A model generated the notes under the pieces. That model was given only the letters and a program-made list of their open reading frames with translations, ran no database searches and was not told the origin of the DNA. The translations under genes were made by a program, and so were the position numbers. This document shows, one piece after another, positions 46,600 to 54,970 of a stretch of 64,000 nucleotides of DNA. The stretch lies in assembly GCA_026391255.1 (NCBI GenBank), contig JAPLDU010000096.1:3777-67776 (forward strand). The letters are read 5' to 3'. The stretch comes from Bacteroidia bacterium (lineage in GTDB: Bacteria > Bacteroidota > Bacteroidia > Bacteroidales > JAPLDU01). Position 1 is the first letter of the stretch, and every line of letters starts with the position of its first letter.

Positions 46600-47847
46600 C
46601 TAATTTCCGTACATATCGGTGATTTCCTGTTTTGTTTTGTGCAGGATATCGAACTTCCTGCCCACTTTGGTAAAAGCATCGAGGGCTTTCTGTAAGTGAT
46701 GCATTTCATGTCCGGCTGAAATCTGGGTGCGGATACGTGCTGCGCCTTGTGGTACAACAGGAAAGAAAAATCCGATGGCATAAATTCCTTCATCGTACAA
46801 AGCACGTGAAAAATCCTGTGACAGTTTAGCATTGAAAAGCATTACCGGAACAATTGGAGTGTCGCCTTCACGCAGGACAAAACCGGCCTCGGTAAGTCCT
46901 TTACGCCAGAAGGCAGTATTGGTTTCCAGCTTATCCCTGCGGTCAGTGCTTGCCGATAGAATATCGAGTACTTTGAGAACTCCTGCAACAACGACCGGAG
47001 CAATTGTATTGGAAAACAAATACGGACGGGCTTTCTGACGGCACATCTCCACCAGTTCGCGGCGTCCTGAAACACAACCACCAGATGCACCCCCCAATGC
47101 CTTTCCAAATGTGGTGGTAATTATGTCTATCTTTCCCATCACATTATATTTTTCATGAGTTCCGCGACCTGTCTTACCGATAAATCCCGAGGAATGTGAC
47201 TCATCCACAAGGATCATGGCATCGTACTGCTCGCACAGTGCAACCATTTCATCGAGTCTGGCTGTATCTCCATCCATGGAGAATACCCCGTCGGTGATGA
47301 CTAATTTAAATCTTTTGTCGGCATGAAGCTGCAGCTTGGATTCAAGATGCTTTATATCGGAATGCTTGAATGTATCCTGCACAGCACTGCATAGCCTGAT
47401 GCCATCTATGAGTGATGCATGTACCAGGCGGTCGGAGATCATCACATCGTCTTTGGTCAGTACTGCTTCAAATACCCCGGCGTTTGCATCCATGCAGGAA
47501 GGAAACAGAATGGTTTCTTCCGTTCCGAGGAATTCACTGATCTTTCTTTCCAGTTCGCGGTGAATATCCTGTGTGCCACAGATGAAACGTACCGATGACA
47601 TGCCATAGCCACGTGAATCAAGACCTTCGTGCGCTGCTTTCACTACATCGGGATGGCTCGACAATCCAAGATAATTGTTCGCACACATGTTGATCACTTT
47701 CTTTAACGGTGATCCGCTGGGAAATTCCACAACGATATCAGCAGCCTGCGGTGAATGGATGAATCGCTCCTGCTTGAAAATACCTGCATCACGGATTCCG
47801 CTTATTGTTTCCTGGTAAATGGAACGAACTTTATTACTGTATGCCAT
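46600..47847 (-). CDS. Kbl-like alpha-oxoamine synthase (AONS family, PLP-dependent), paralogue 1
   Basis: Motifs are CANNYLGLSSHP, VDESHSSGFIGKTGRG and the PLP-Lys in TTTFGKALGGASGG. It aligns along its full length with glycine C-acetyltransferase but is more diverged than the copy at 51233. Confidence 0.85.
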   Translation of the reverse strand: MAYSNKVRSIYQETISGIRDAGIFKQERFIHSPQAADIVVEFPSGSPLKKVINMCANNYLGLSSHPDVVKAAHEGLDSRGYGMSSVRFICGTQDIHRELERKISEFLGTEETILFPSCMDANAGVFEAVLTKDDVMISDRLVHASLIDGIRLCSAVQDTFKHSDIKHLESKLQLHADKRFKLVITDGVFSMDGDTARLDEMVALCEQYDAMILVDESHSSGFIGKTGRGTHEKYNVMGKIDIITTTFGKALGGASGGCVSGRRELVEMCRQKARPYLFSNTIAPVVVAGVLKVLDILSASTDRRDKLETNTAFWRKGLTEAGFVLREGDTPIVPVMLFNAKLSQDFSRALYDEGIYAIGFFFPVVPQGAARIRTQISAGHEMHHLQKALDAFTKVGRKFDILHKTKQEITDMYGN

Positions 47848-48088
47848 ATTTTTAAATTTACGATTTTTGATTTACGAATTATGATTTAAATATATAGTGA
47901 TGAAGTGATGAGATATGAGTGATGAAGTGATGAGGTGATGAAGTGATAATGAAACTATGTGATAATGTGATAATGTGATAATGTGATAATGTGACAATTA
48001 TCAGTATGCTTATTTTTAATGATAAACAATTATAACTCATAATTCATAACTCATAACTCATATCCTGATACCTGATACTTGATACCAA

Positions 48089-48334
48089 TTATTTCAGGAA
48101 TTCATTCACCAGGACACATATTTTATTCACCGTGTCGAATGCTTCAGGGGTTGCCTTATCATCTGGGATAGATATCTTGTATTTATTCTCAAGGAATCTT
48201 TTCAACGAAACCATTGAAAACGAATCAACTATACCACCTGAAATCAAAGGGGTATCATAACTGACCTCATCGCCGCCCTCTTCCACATATTCCTCTATAA
48301 CGTACTTAAGTACAACGTCTTTCATGTTTTCCAT
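48089..48334 (-). CDS. stand-alone acyl/peptidyl carrier protein
   Basis: It is an 81-aa acidic protein with a phosphopantetheine-Ser context (GGIVDSFSMVSL). Confidence 0.7.
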   Translation of the reverse strand: MENMKDVVLKYVIEEYVEEGGDEVSYDTPLISGGIVDSFSMVSLKRFLENKYKISIPDDKATPEAFDTVNKICVLVNEFLK

Positions 48335-48524
48335 TTTACTGTTCTCCTATTTTTATGTTTATTATTTAATTGCTTACTTTTTTTGTCACGGGTCACGGGT
48401 CATGAGCGTCATGTACGTCATGAAGGTCATGTATGTTATGTTAAGATCACAACTCATCATTCATAACTCATAACTCAACTCTCCAAAAGTCCTGATACCT
48501 GATACTTGATACCTGATGCCAGAT

Positions 48525-50178
48525 TTAATCATTCTCAAGCGTTGATGTATCGCCTATTTCCTCACCCCATTCCTTTGCTTTGAGGATACGGCGCATGATT
48601 TTTCCGCTGCGTGTTTTGGGAAGATTGGGAACATATTCAATTTCCTGGGGCATGGCAAGGGGGGAGAGTTTTTTACGTATGAAGTTCATAATCTGAAGCT
48701 CAAGATCATCGGATGGTTCGTAACCGGGTTTCAGGCATACGAAAGCTTTCACCACTTCCATATTGATAAAATCAGGTTTACTCACCACGGCTGATTCGGC
48801 TACAGCTTCATGTTCGAGCAGAGCCGATTCAACTTCGAAAGGACTGACCAGGTGTCCGCCGGTATTGATAATATCGTCGTCACGCCCGATGAACCAGAAG
48901 TATCCGTCAGTGTCAATAAGTGGCTTCATTGTTCCAGTACATACGCATCATGGAAGGCCAGCCGGGGCGGAAACCAATAAGTCCGGCCTTTCCGGGCTGA
49001 GTTATTTGTTCGTAGGTATCCACATCAACAACACCAGCGGTTATCCCCGGAAATGGTTTTCCCATGGAGCCCGGTTTAATTTTCATTCCGGGATAATTAG
49101 ACAACATGATAGAGCCGGTTTCGGTCTGCCAGTATGTATCATAAAAAGGTTTCCCGATCACCCGTTCCGACCAGACCACAGCTTCAGCATTTAAAGGTTC
49201 CCCAACGCTTGCCAGGTGTCTCAGGCAGGACATATCGAACTGTTTTGGCAGATCATCGCCTGCTTTCATGAGCGAACGTATGGCGGTCGGAGCCGAGTAC
49301 CACATGGTAATACGGTGTTTTTCAATGAAACGATACCATGCTTCGGCAGAAAATCCGGAATCGAGAACACACTGAGTGATGCCCATAGCCCATGGACCAA
49401 TAATACCATAGGACGTTCCGGTAACCCAACCCGGGTCGGCCGTACACCAGTAGATATCGTCATCACGTAAATCAAGTACCCATTTGGTAGTGAGATATTG
49501 GGCAATGAGGGCATAATGTACGTGCTTAACTCCTTTTGGCATACCAGTAGTTCCGGAAGTATAGTGAAGCACTGAAGGAGATTCGGCAGTAGTAGGATAT
49601 GCATCAAACTCTTCCACCCATGGCATTTTATCGAGCGAGAAAGCCACTTCCTTTTCATTCATGGCTTTCTTTTCATCAGGATCAACAATGATGATATGTT
49701 TCAGGTGTGGCAGTTTATCCAGTATCTTCCTGATCTTGGGAGCATGTTTACGCTGGGTGATGACTGCTGTGGTCTCTGCATTTTCAAGACGTACGAGCAG
49801 TGATTCGTCTCCAAATGCTGAAAACAGAGGTTGTGCAATGCACCCGGTTTTCAGAATTCCAATTAACCCGATGTATAATTCAGGTACTTTGTCCATGAAC
49901 AGGCAGACACGCTCACCAGGTTCAATGCCCAGGCTTCTGATGAACGTTGCTATGGTATTACTGGCTTTGCGGATATCATTATAGTTGTATGTCTTTTCTT
50001 TTCCGCCAAGTCCTTCCCAAATGAGAGCCGTCTTGCCAGCTTTTCCCATTTTGCAGATACGGTCGGAACAATACCAACCTATATTGATTACATCCCCTGG
50101 TTTGTAATCAAGCTCTTTTTCAGCAATTGTCCATGAAAAATTTTTAACTCTGTCTTCATAAGACCCAATATTTGACAT
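48525..50178 (-). pseudogene. AMP-dependent synthetase/ligase (ACS/MACS-like) split into two overlapping ORFs (48913-50178 and 48525-48929)
   Basis: The N-terminal ORF has HYTSGTTGMPKG, YWQTETG and PGWPSMMRMYWNNEATY, then TGA. The C-terminal ORF, in the adjacent frame, has DTDGYFWFIGRDDDIINTGGHLVSPFEVES and LPKTRSGKIMRR. The usual W-Y-x-T-G-D segment between them is absent. Confidence 0.75.
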
Positions 50179-50344
50179 ACTTATATAAATTTATGAATTA
50201 TTAATAATAACTGGTGAATATTTTATGGCCAAACATATAAAAAATTGAATACCTAATACCTGCGGTAAAACAGAAAATAAGTAAATTTTCAGAGGAATCA
50301 GGAATTAGGAATCAAGTTTCTGGCTGTGAGTTATTATTGTAAAT

Positions 50345-50550
50345 CATTGTTGTCCGGTTAAATGTTTGAGATTCTTCGCTTCGCTCAGAATGACAAGCTG
50401 TTCTGTTGATTAATAAAGGAGTGGGGTTACTGGAGACGAAGCCTCCAGTAACCCCACTCTTCCATCTCTTGAATGCTTGTCATTCCGAGCGAAACGAAGT
50501 GTAGAGAGGAAACTAAGATTTGTTTTGTTAGTTTTACCGGACAACAGAGA
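50345..50550. repeat. about 200-bp three-layer nested palindrome (MITE/REP-like)
   Basis: The outer layer is tgttgtccggttaaa / ttttaccggacaaca. The middle layer is ttcgcttcgctcagaatgacaagc / gcttgtcattccgagcgaaacgaa. The core is agtggggttactggag-acgaagc-ctccagtaaccccact. Confidence 0.8.
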
Positions 50551-50629
50551 TTGTTAATCATTAATAAATAAACATGCTGATAATTGTCACATTATCACAT
50601 TACCGCATTGTCATATTATCACATTTCTT

Positions 50630-51004
50630 TCAACATTCTAAAATGACAAAAGCCATGGCCAGTTGGCTGATATGGCTCATGGTCAGGTGCATGCCTGTAA
50701 TTCCGGCATGTTCGCAAAAATCCCTGACCTTGCCCGTCACCCTAATCTCCGGTCTTCCAAGTTCATTGTTGTACACTTCTATTTCAGAGAATCTCATGCC
50801 ATCACGCCATCCGGTACCAAGTGCTTTGAAGAAAGCTTCTTTTGCCGTGTAACGGGCTGCGAAATGCTGGGCTTTGTTGCGTTTTTTTTCGCAATATTCT
50901 GTCTCGGCAGGAGTAAATACTTTTCCGGTAAGTCCGCCTTCCCTCCCGATTTCCTTATGTATCCTGGTTACTTCGATTACATCAATTCCTATCCCGAAGA
51001 TCAT
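50630..51004 (-). CDS. acpS: holo-[acyl-carrier-protein] synthase (AcpS-type 4'-phosphopantetheinyl transferase)
   Basis: It has MIFGIGIDVIEVTRI ... FAARYTAKEAFFKALGTG and is 124 aa long. Confidence 0.85.
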   Translation of the reverse strand: MIFGIGIDVIEVTRIHKEIGREGGLTGKVFTPAETEYCEKKRNKAQHFAARYTAKEAFFKALGTGWRDGMRFSEIEVYNNELGRPEIRVTGKVRDFCEHAGITGMHLTMSHISQLAMAFVILEC

Positions 51005-51232
51005 AATTATCTTTAATTAGTGTTTTTCTTTAAAGGCATTCTTATTTTATTTAAGAACAAGGATTACTCACAATATTATTGATTTTATAAGGAGTTCGTG
51101 AGATCGCTTCGCTAAGTTAACGATTTATGATTTAAGAAGTATGTGTAATTCTCTGATTTAATGATAACATCAAAAATCAAAAATCGTTAATCGATATTCA
51201 TCAATCAAAATATTGAATATTATGGACAGACT

Positions 51233-52453
51233 CTAATTCGATGCGTCAATATACCTCAGAGCACCGAGTTTACGTCCTACTTTCACGAATTTCTCGATGG
51301 CAAGGTTAATATGCTCTTTGGTATGAGCTGCGCTGATCTGCACCCTGATGCGTGATTTTCCCCTGGGTACGACCGGGAAATAAAAACCGATGACATAAAT
51401 TCCTTCCTTCAGCAATTCATTGGCAAAATCCTGGGACAACTGGGCATCGTTAGGCAGGTGGCCAAGCATCACCGGAACAATGGGATGGGTACCCGGGACA
51501 ATTCTGAATCCTGCATCCACCATTCCTTTTCTGAAAAGTGTGGTATTTTCCTCAAGACGGTCTTTCAATTCAGTAGACTGAGAAAGGATTTTAAGTACTT
51601 CGATTGTGGCGCCTGTAATAGCGGGCGACAGTGAATTTGAGAACAGGTATGGTCTTGAGCGCTGGCGCAGGAAGTCAATGATCTCCTGTTTGCCTGAGAT
51701 ACAACCACCTGACGCTCCTCCCAGGGCTTTCCCGAAGGTTGTGGTAATGATGTCGACCCTGTCAATGGCATTGCAGAACTCATGTGTACCCCGTCCGGTT
51801 TTTCCAATGAACCCGGTAGCATGTGAATCGTCCACCATTACAAGTGCATCATACTTATCCGCGAGGTCACAGATTTTGTCAACCTGGGCAATGAGTCCAT
51901 CCATAGAGAATACTCCATCGGTGACTATCATCCTGAAACGTGCATTTTTGGCCAGTTTAAGCTGTTCTTCCAGATCATCCATATCGTTGTTAAGATAACG
52001 ATAGCGCTCTGCTTTACAAAGCCTTACCCCGTCAATGATAGAGGCGTGGTTCAGTTCATCGGAAATGATGGCACAATCTTCCTGGAGTAAAGGTTCAAAA
52101 ACGCCACCATTAGCATCAAATGCAGATGAATAAAGCATTGTATCATCAGTTCCCAGATACTCGCTCAACATCCTTTCCAGATCTTTATGTACCTGCTGGG
52201 TGCCACAGATGAAACGCACCGATGCCATACCGAAACCCCATTTAAAAAAAGTATAGTTCGCTGCAGCCATCACCTGCGGTTCATTACAAAATCCCAGGTA
52301 GTTATTTGCGCAGAAATTCAAAACCTTCAATCCTTTATCTGTCCTGATTTCAACTCCCTGAGAAGTGGTCAGTACCCTTTCTTCCTTGTACAATCCTTCC
52401 TGCCTGATCTTTTCCAGTTCTACCTGAAGAAAGTCTTTAAATTTTCCGTACAT
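51233..52453 (-). CDS. kbl: glycine C-acetyltransferase (2-amino-3-ketobutyrate CoA ligase)
   Basis: It is very close in pattern to E. coli Kbl: FCANNYLG, ISDELNHASIIDGVRLCKAERYRY, DDSHATGFIGKTGRG, TTTFGKALGGASGG, FFPVVPRGKSRIRVQISAAHT. Confidence 0.88.
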   Translation of the reverse strand: MYGKFKDFLQVELEKIRQEGLYKEERVLTTSQGVEIRTDKGLKVLNFCANNYLGFCNEPQVMAAANYTFFKWGFGMASVRFICGTQQVHKDLERMLSEYLGTDDTMLYSSAFDANGGVFEPLLQEDCAIISDELNHASIIDGVRLCKAERYRYLNNDMDDLEEQLKLAKNARFRMIVTDGVFSMDGLIAQVDKICDLADKYDALVMVDDSHATGFIGKTGRGTHEFCNAIDRVDIITTTFGKALGGASGGCISGKQEIIDFLRQRSRPYLFSNSLSPAITGATIEVLKILSQSTELKDRLEENTTLFRKGMVDAGFRIVPGTHPIVPVMLGHLPNDAQLSQDFANELLKEGIYVIGFYFPVVPRGKSRIRVQISAAHTKEHINLAIEKFVKVGRKLGALRYIDASN

Positions 52454-52586
52454 ATTATTTTAATAATTGATAATCAAAAAGAAAGGTCAAAGTTAAGGAT
52501 TAATTACCAGACGAAAAATGACAAACAACATGATAACAAAATGATTTCTAAAAATATCGGGAATTCAGAATTCAATATATTTTCTC

Positions 52587-52842
52587 TTGGTTACTTTTTG
52601 TCGTCACAAAAAGTAACCAAAAAAGACTTAACGAATTGAACTCGCTCCGTCTCGTTCCTCGACTTCTCTCAAACAGCAATTCGTTGATAAGGAATTTTTA
52701 AATCTTATGCTTCGCATTCATAATTGATAACAATAGCTTGTAAAAAAGATTTGACTTTTTCAGCTATCCCAAATTATTGCAAATCTCATTTAGCGGAGAT
52801 TTTTCTTTGTTACTTTCTTTTGATGGTTGCAAAAGAAAGTAA
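52587..52842. repeat. two related hairpins bracketing about 190 nt in the kbl / dehydrogenase divergent spacer
   Basis: The hairpins are ttggttacttttt-gtcgtcac-aaaaagtaaccaa (52587-52620) and ttactttctttt-gatggttgc-aaaagaaagtaa (52810-52842). An internal pair aacgaattg...caattcgtt is also present. Confidence 0.7.
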
Positions 52843-52887
52843 TAATCAGTACTTTAGTATATATTGAAAAGATATGAATAAAGAGCA

Positions 52888-52970
52888 GGCTCGCAGGGAT
52901 GGGTTTAGTGGTGGGTAAAAAGTAAATAATGGCAAAGTTTTGAGATATTTATAAATTTAAAACAGCATCT
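52888..52970 (+). repeat. second copy of the 80-nt module seen at 28586-28668
   Basis: gctcgcagggatgggtttagtggtgggtaaaaagtaaataatggcaaagttttgagatatttataaatttaaaac compares with gctcgcagggaggggctaggggtgggtaaaaagtacaatatggcaaaattttaagatattaataaattaaaac. Confidence 0.75.
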
Positions 52971-53045
52971 TACATAATCACAAATTTGTTATTTTGAATT
53001 TGACCATTACTTTTGCGACAACATACTTAATAATAATATTGGGAC

Positions 53046-54344
53046 ATGATAAGCATTTTTCAAAGACTGATCAGGAAAGAAACAAAACTATCTCTCATCG
53101 GGCTGGGATATGTTGGATTACCTATTGCTCTTGAGTTTGCCAGAAAGCTGAAGGTTGTTGGTTTTGACGTTCGTGAGGACCGTGTCAGACTGATGAAAAA
53201 AGGCATTGATCCAAGCAAGGAGATCAGTTCTGACAGTTTCGCAAGTTGTGACATTGAATTTAGCTCCAGCCTGGAAGATTTGAGATCCTGTTCTTTTCAC
53301 ATAATTGCTGTTCCCACTCCGGTGGACCGTCATAACCTGCCCGACCTCTCGCCTGTGATTAAAGCTTCTGAAACTATTGGTAAGATTTTAAAAAAGGGAG
53401 ATTATGTGGTTTATGAATCCACTGTTTATCCCGGTTGTACTGAAGAAGACTGTGTACCGGTGCTGGAAAAATTCTCGGGATTGAAATCTGTCATTGACTT
53501 TAAGGTAGGTTTTTCGCCTGAACGGATTAATCCGGGAGACAAGGAACACTCGCTGGTTAAAATAAAGAAAGTGGTATCAGGATGTGATGAAGAATCGCTG
53601 AATAATATTGCAGATGTTTACGGGCTGATCATTTCAGCAGGAATTCACAGAGCACAGACCATCAAGGTTGCAGAAGCTGCCAAGATCATTGAGAATACAC
53701 AAAGGGATGTAAACATCGCCTTAATGAACGAGCTGTCAATAATATTTAACCGCATGGATATCAACACTTATGATGTTCTGGAAGCGGCGGGTACCAAGTG
53801 GAATTTTCTCAGGTTCTACCCGGGTCTTGTCGGTGGGCATTGCATCGGGGTTGATCCTTATTACCTTGCTTTCAAGGCAGAAGAATACAATTATCACCCG
53901 CAGGTAATCAAAGCCGGGCGATCGGTGAATGACAACATGGGTTTTTATATTGCCGGACAACTGGTGAAGAAACTGATCGCTGCCGGTAAAAATGTGAGGA
54001 ATACAAAGGTGCTGATCATGGGGGCTACTTTCAAGGAAGATGTAACGGATATCCGTAATTCCAAAGTAGCTGATGTAATCAGTGAGCTTAAAACTTATGG
54101 TGTAAATATTGAAGTGATCGATCCTGCTGCTTCTTCTGCCGAACTGATGCATGAATATGGCTTCGACCTGATCGGACAACCTTCCGGTAATTACGATGCT
54201 GTTGTTATTGCCGTTGCTCATAAGGAATATCTTGACTTAGATGAGGATTATTTCAGATCCATTGCAGCGCCAAATATTATACTTGTTGATGTCAAAGGTA
54301 TTTACCGGCATAAGATCAAAGAATTGACTTACTGGAGTCTCTGA
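53046..54344 (+). CDS. UDP-N-acetyl-hexosamine-type nucleotide-sugar dehydrogenase (UDP-glucose/GDP-mannose dehydrogenase family)
   Basis: The Rossmann motif is LSLIGLGYVGLPIALEFA and the catalytic Cys is in GGHCIGVDPYYL. It is 432 aa long. Confidence 0.88.
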   Translation: MISIFQRLIRKETKLSLIGLGYVGLPIALEFARKLKVVGFDVREDRVRLMKKGIDPSKEISSDSFASCDIEFSSSLEDLRSCSFHIIAVPTPVDRHNLPDLSPVIKASETIGKILKKGDYVVYESTVYPGCTEEDCVPVLEKFSGLKSVIDFKVGFSPERINPGDKEHSLVKIKKVVSGCDEESLNNIADVYGLIISAGIHRAQTIKVAEAAKIIENTQRDVNIALMNELSIIFNRMDINTYDVLEAAGTKWNFLRFYPGLVGGHCIGVDPYYLAFKAEEYNYHPQVIKAGRSVNDNMGFYIAGQLVKKLIAAGKNVRNTKVLIMGATFKEDVTDIRNSKVADVISELKTYGVNIEVIDPAASSAELMHEYGFDLIGQPSGNYDAVVIAVAHKEYLDLDEDYFRSIAAPNIILVDVKGIYRHKIKELTYWSL

Positions 54345-54354
54345 TTCGATTATT

Positions 54355-54954
54355 ATGTTAAATGATCCTTTATTCCCGCAGAACAAAATCAGTCACAGGC
54401 ATTATCACTGGTACGCCCTGCATACCAATTCAAGGGCAGAAAAGAAAGTGTTTGCTGAATTGACAGAGAATAATATTGAAGCGTATCTTCCTCTTTTAAA
54501 ACGTCTGAAACAATGGAGCGACCGTAAGAAATGGGTTGAAGAGCCTTTGATCAGGTCGTACGTTTTCGTAAGAGTGAGTAAAAAAGAATACCTGAAAGCC
54601 TTACAAACAAGGCTGGCAGTACGTTATATTTGTTTTAACGGCAAAGCAGCTATCATCCCGGATGATCAGATCAGATCGCTGAAAATATTACTTGCATCGG
54701 ACGAAGAACTGGAAGTCTCCACCCAGAACTATGCTCCCGGTGATTTAGTAAAAGTCGTTACAGGCCCCCTGGCACATCTGACGGGAGAACTGGTTGAAAC
54801 CATGGGAACTAAAAAGGTGAGGGTTCGTATTGAACATATTGGTTATTCCATCCTGGTCACTATACCTAATAATTATCTTTCAATTATCGATATCCATAAA
54901 ACAGCGATACCAGATCAGGATAAAGATCAGGGCAATCCGGAAAATTTACCTTAA
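54355..54954 (+). CDS. UpxY-family (NusG-like) transcription antiterminator
   Basis: The NGN domain is HWYALHTNSRAEKKVFAEL...YLPLLKRLKQWSDRKK and the KOW is GDLVKVVTGPLAHLTGELVE. Confidence 0.75.
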   Translation: MLNDPLFPQNKISHRHYHWYALHTNSRAEKKVFAELTENNIEAYLPLLKRLKQWSDRKKWVEEPLIRSYVFVRVSKKEYLKALQTRLAVRYICFNGKAAIIPDDQIRSLKILLASDEELEVSTQNYAPGDLVKVVTGPLAHLTGELVETMGTKKVRVRIEHIGYSILVTIPNNYLSIIDIHKTAIPDQDKDQGNPENLP

Positions 54955-54970
54955 ACGTAAAGCGATTCAA

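Noticed and set aside
47880-48000. The repeat-dense spacer superficially suggests a CRISPR array.
   Set aside because: The units are only 7-8 nt and are directly tandem with no unique spacers. There is no 25-40-nt constant repeat and there are no cas genes in the window.
48763-49194. A 143-aa plus-strand ORF crosses the AMP-ligase split point.
   Set aside because: It is antisense to both ligase fragments, is Ser/Arg/Pro-rich and has no motif.
52187-52639. A 150-aa plus-strand ORF spans the kbl 5' end and the spacer.
   Set aside because: It is antisense to kbl for half its length, and the rest runs through hairpin repeats (the ...SSQKVTKKDLTN tail is encoded by the palindrome).
53736-54221. 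A 161-aa minus-strand ORF lies inside the sugar dehydrogenase gene.
   Set aside because: It is a shadow ORF opposite a well-supported CDS.
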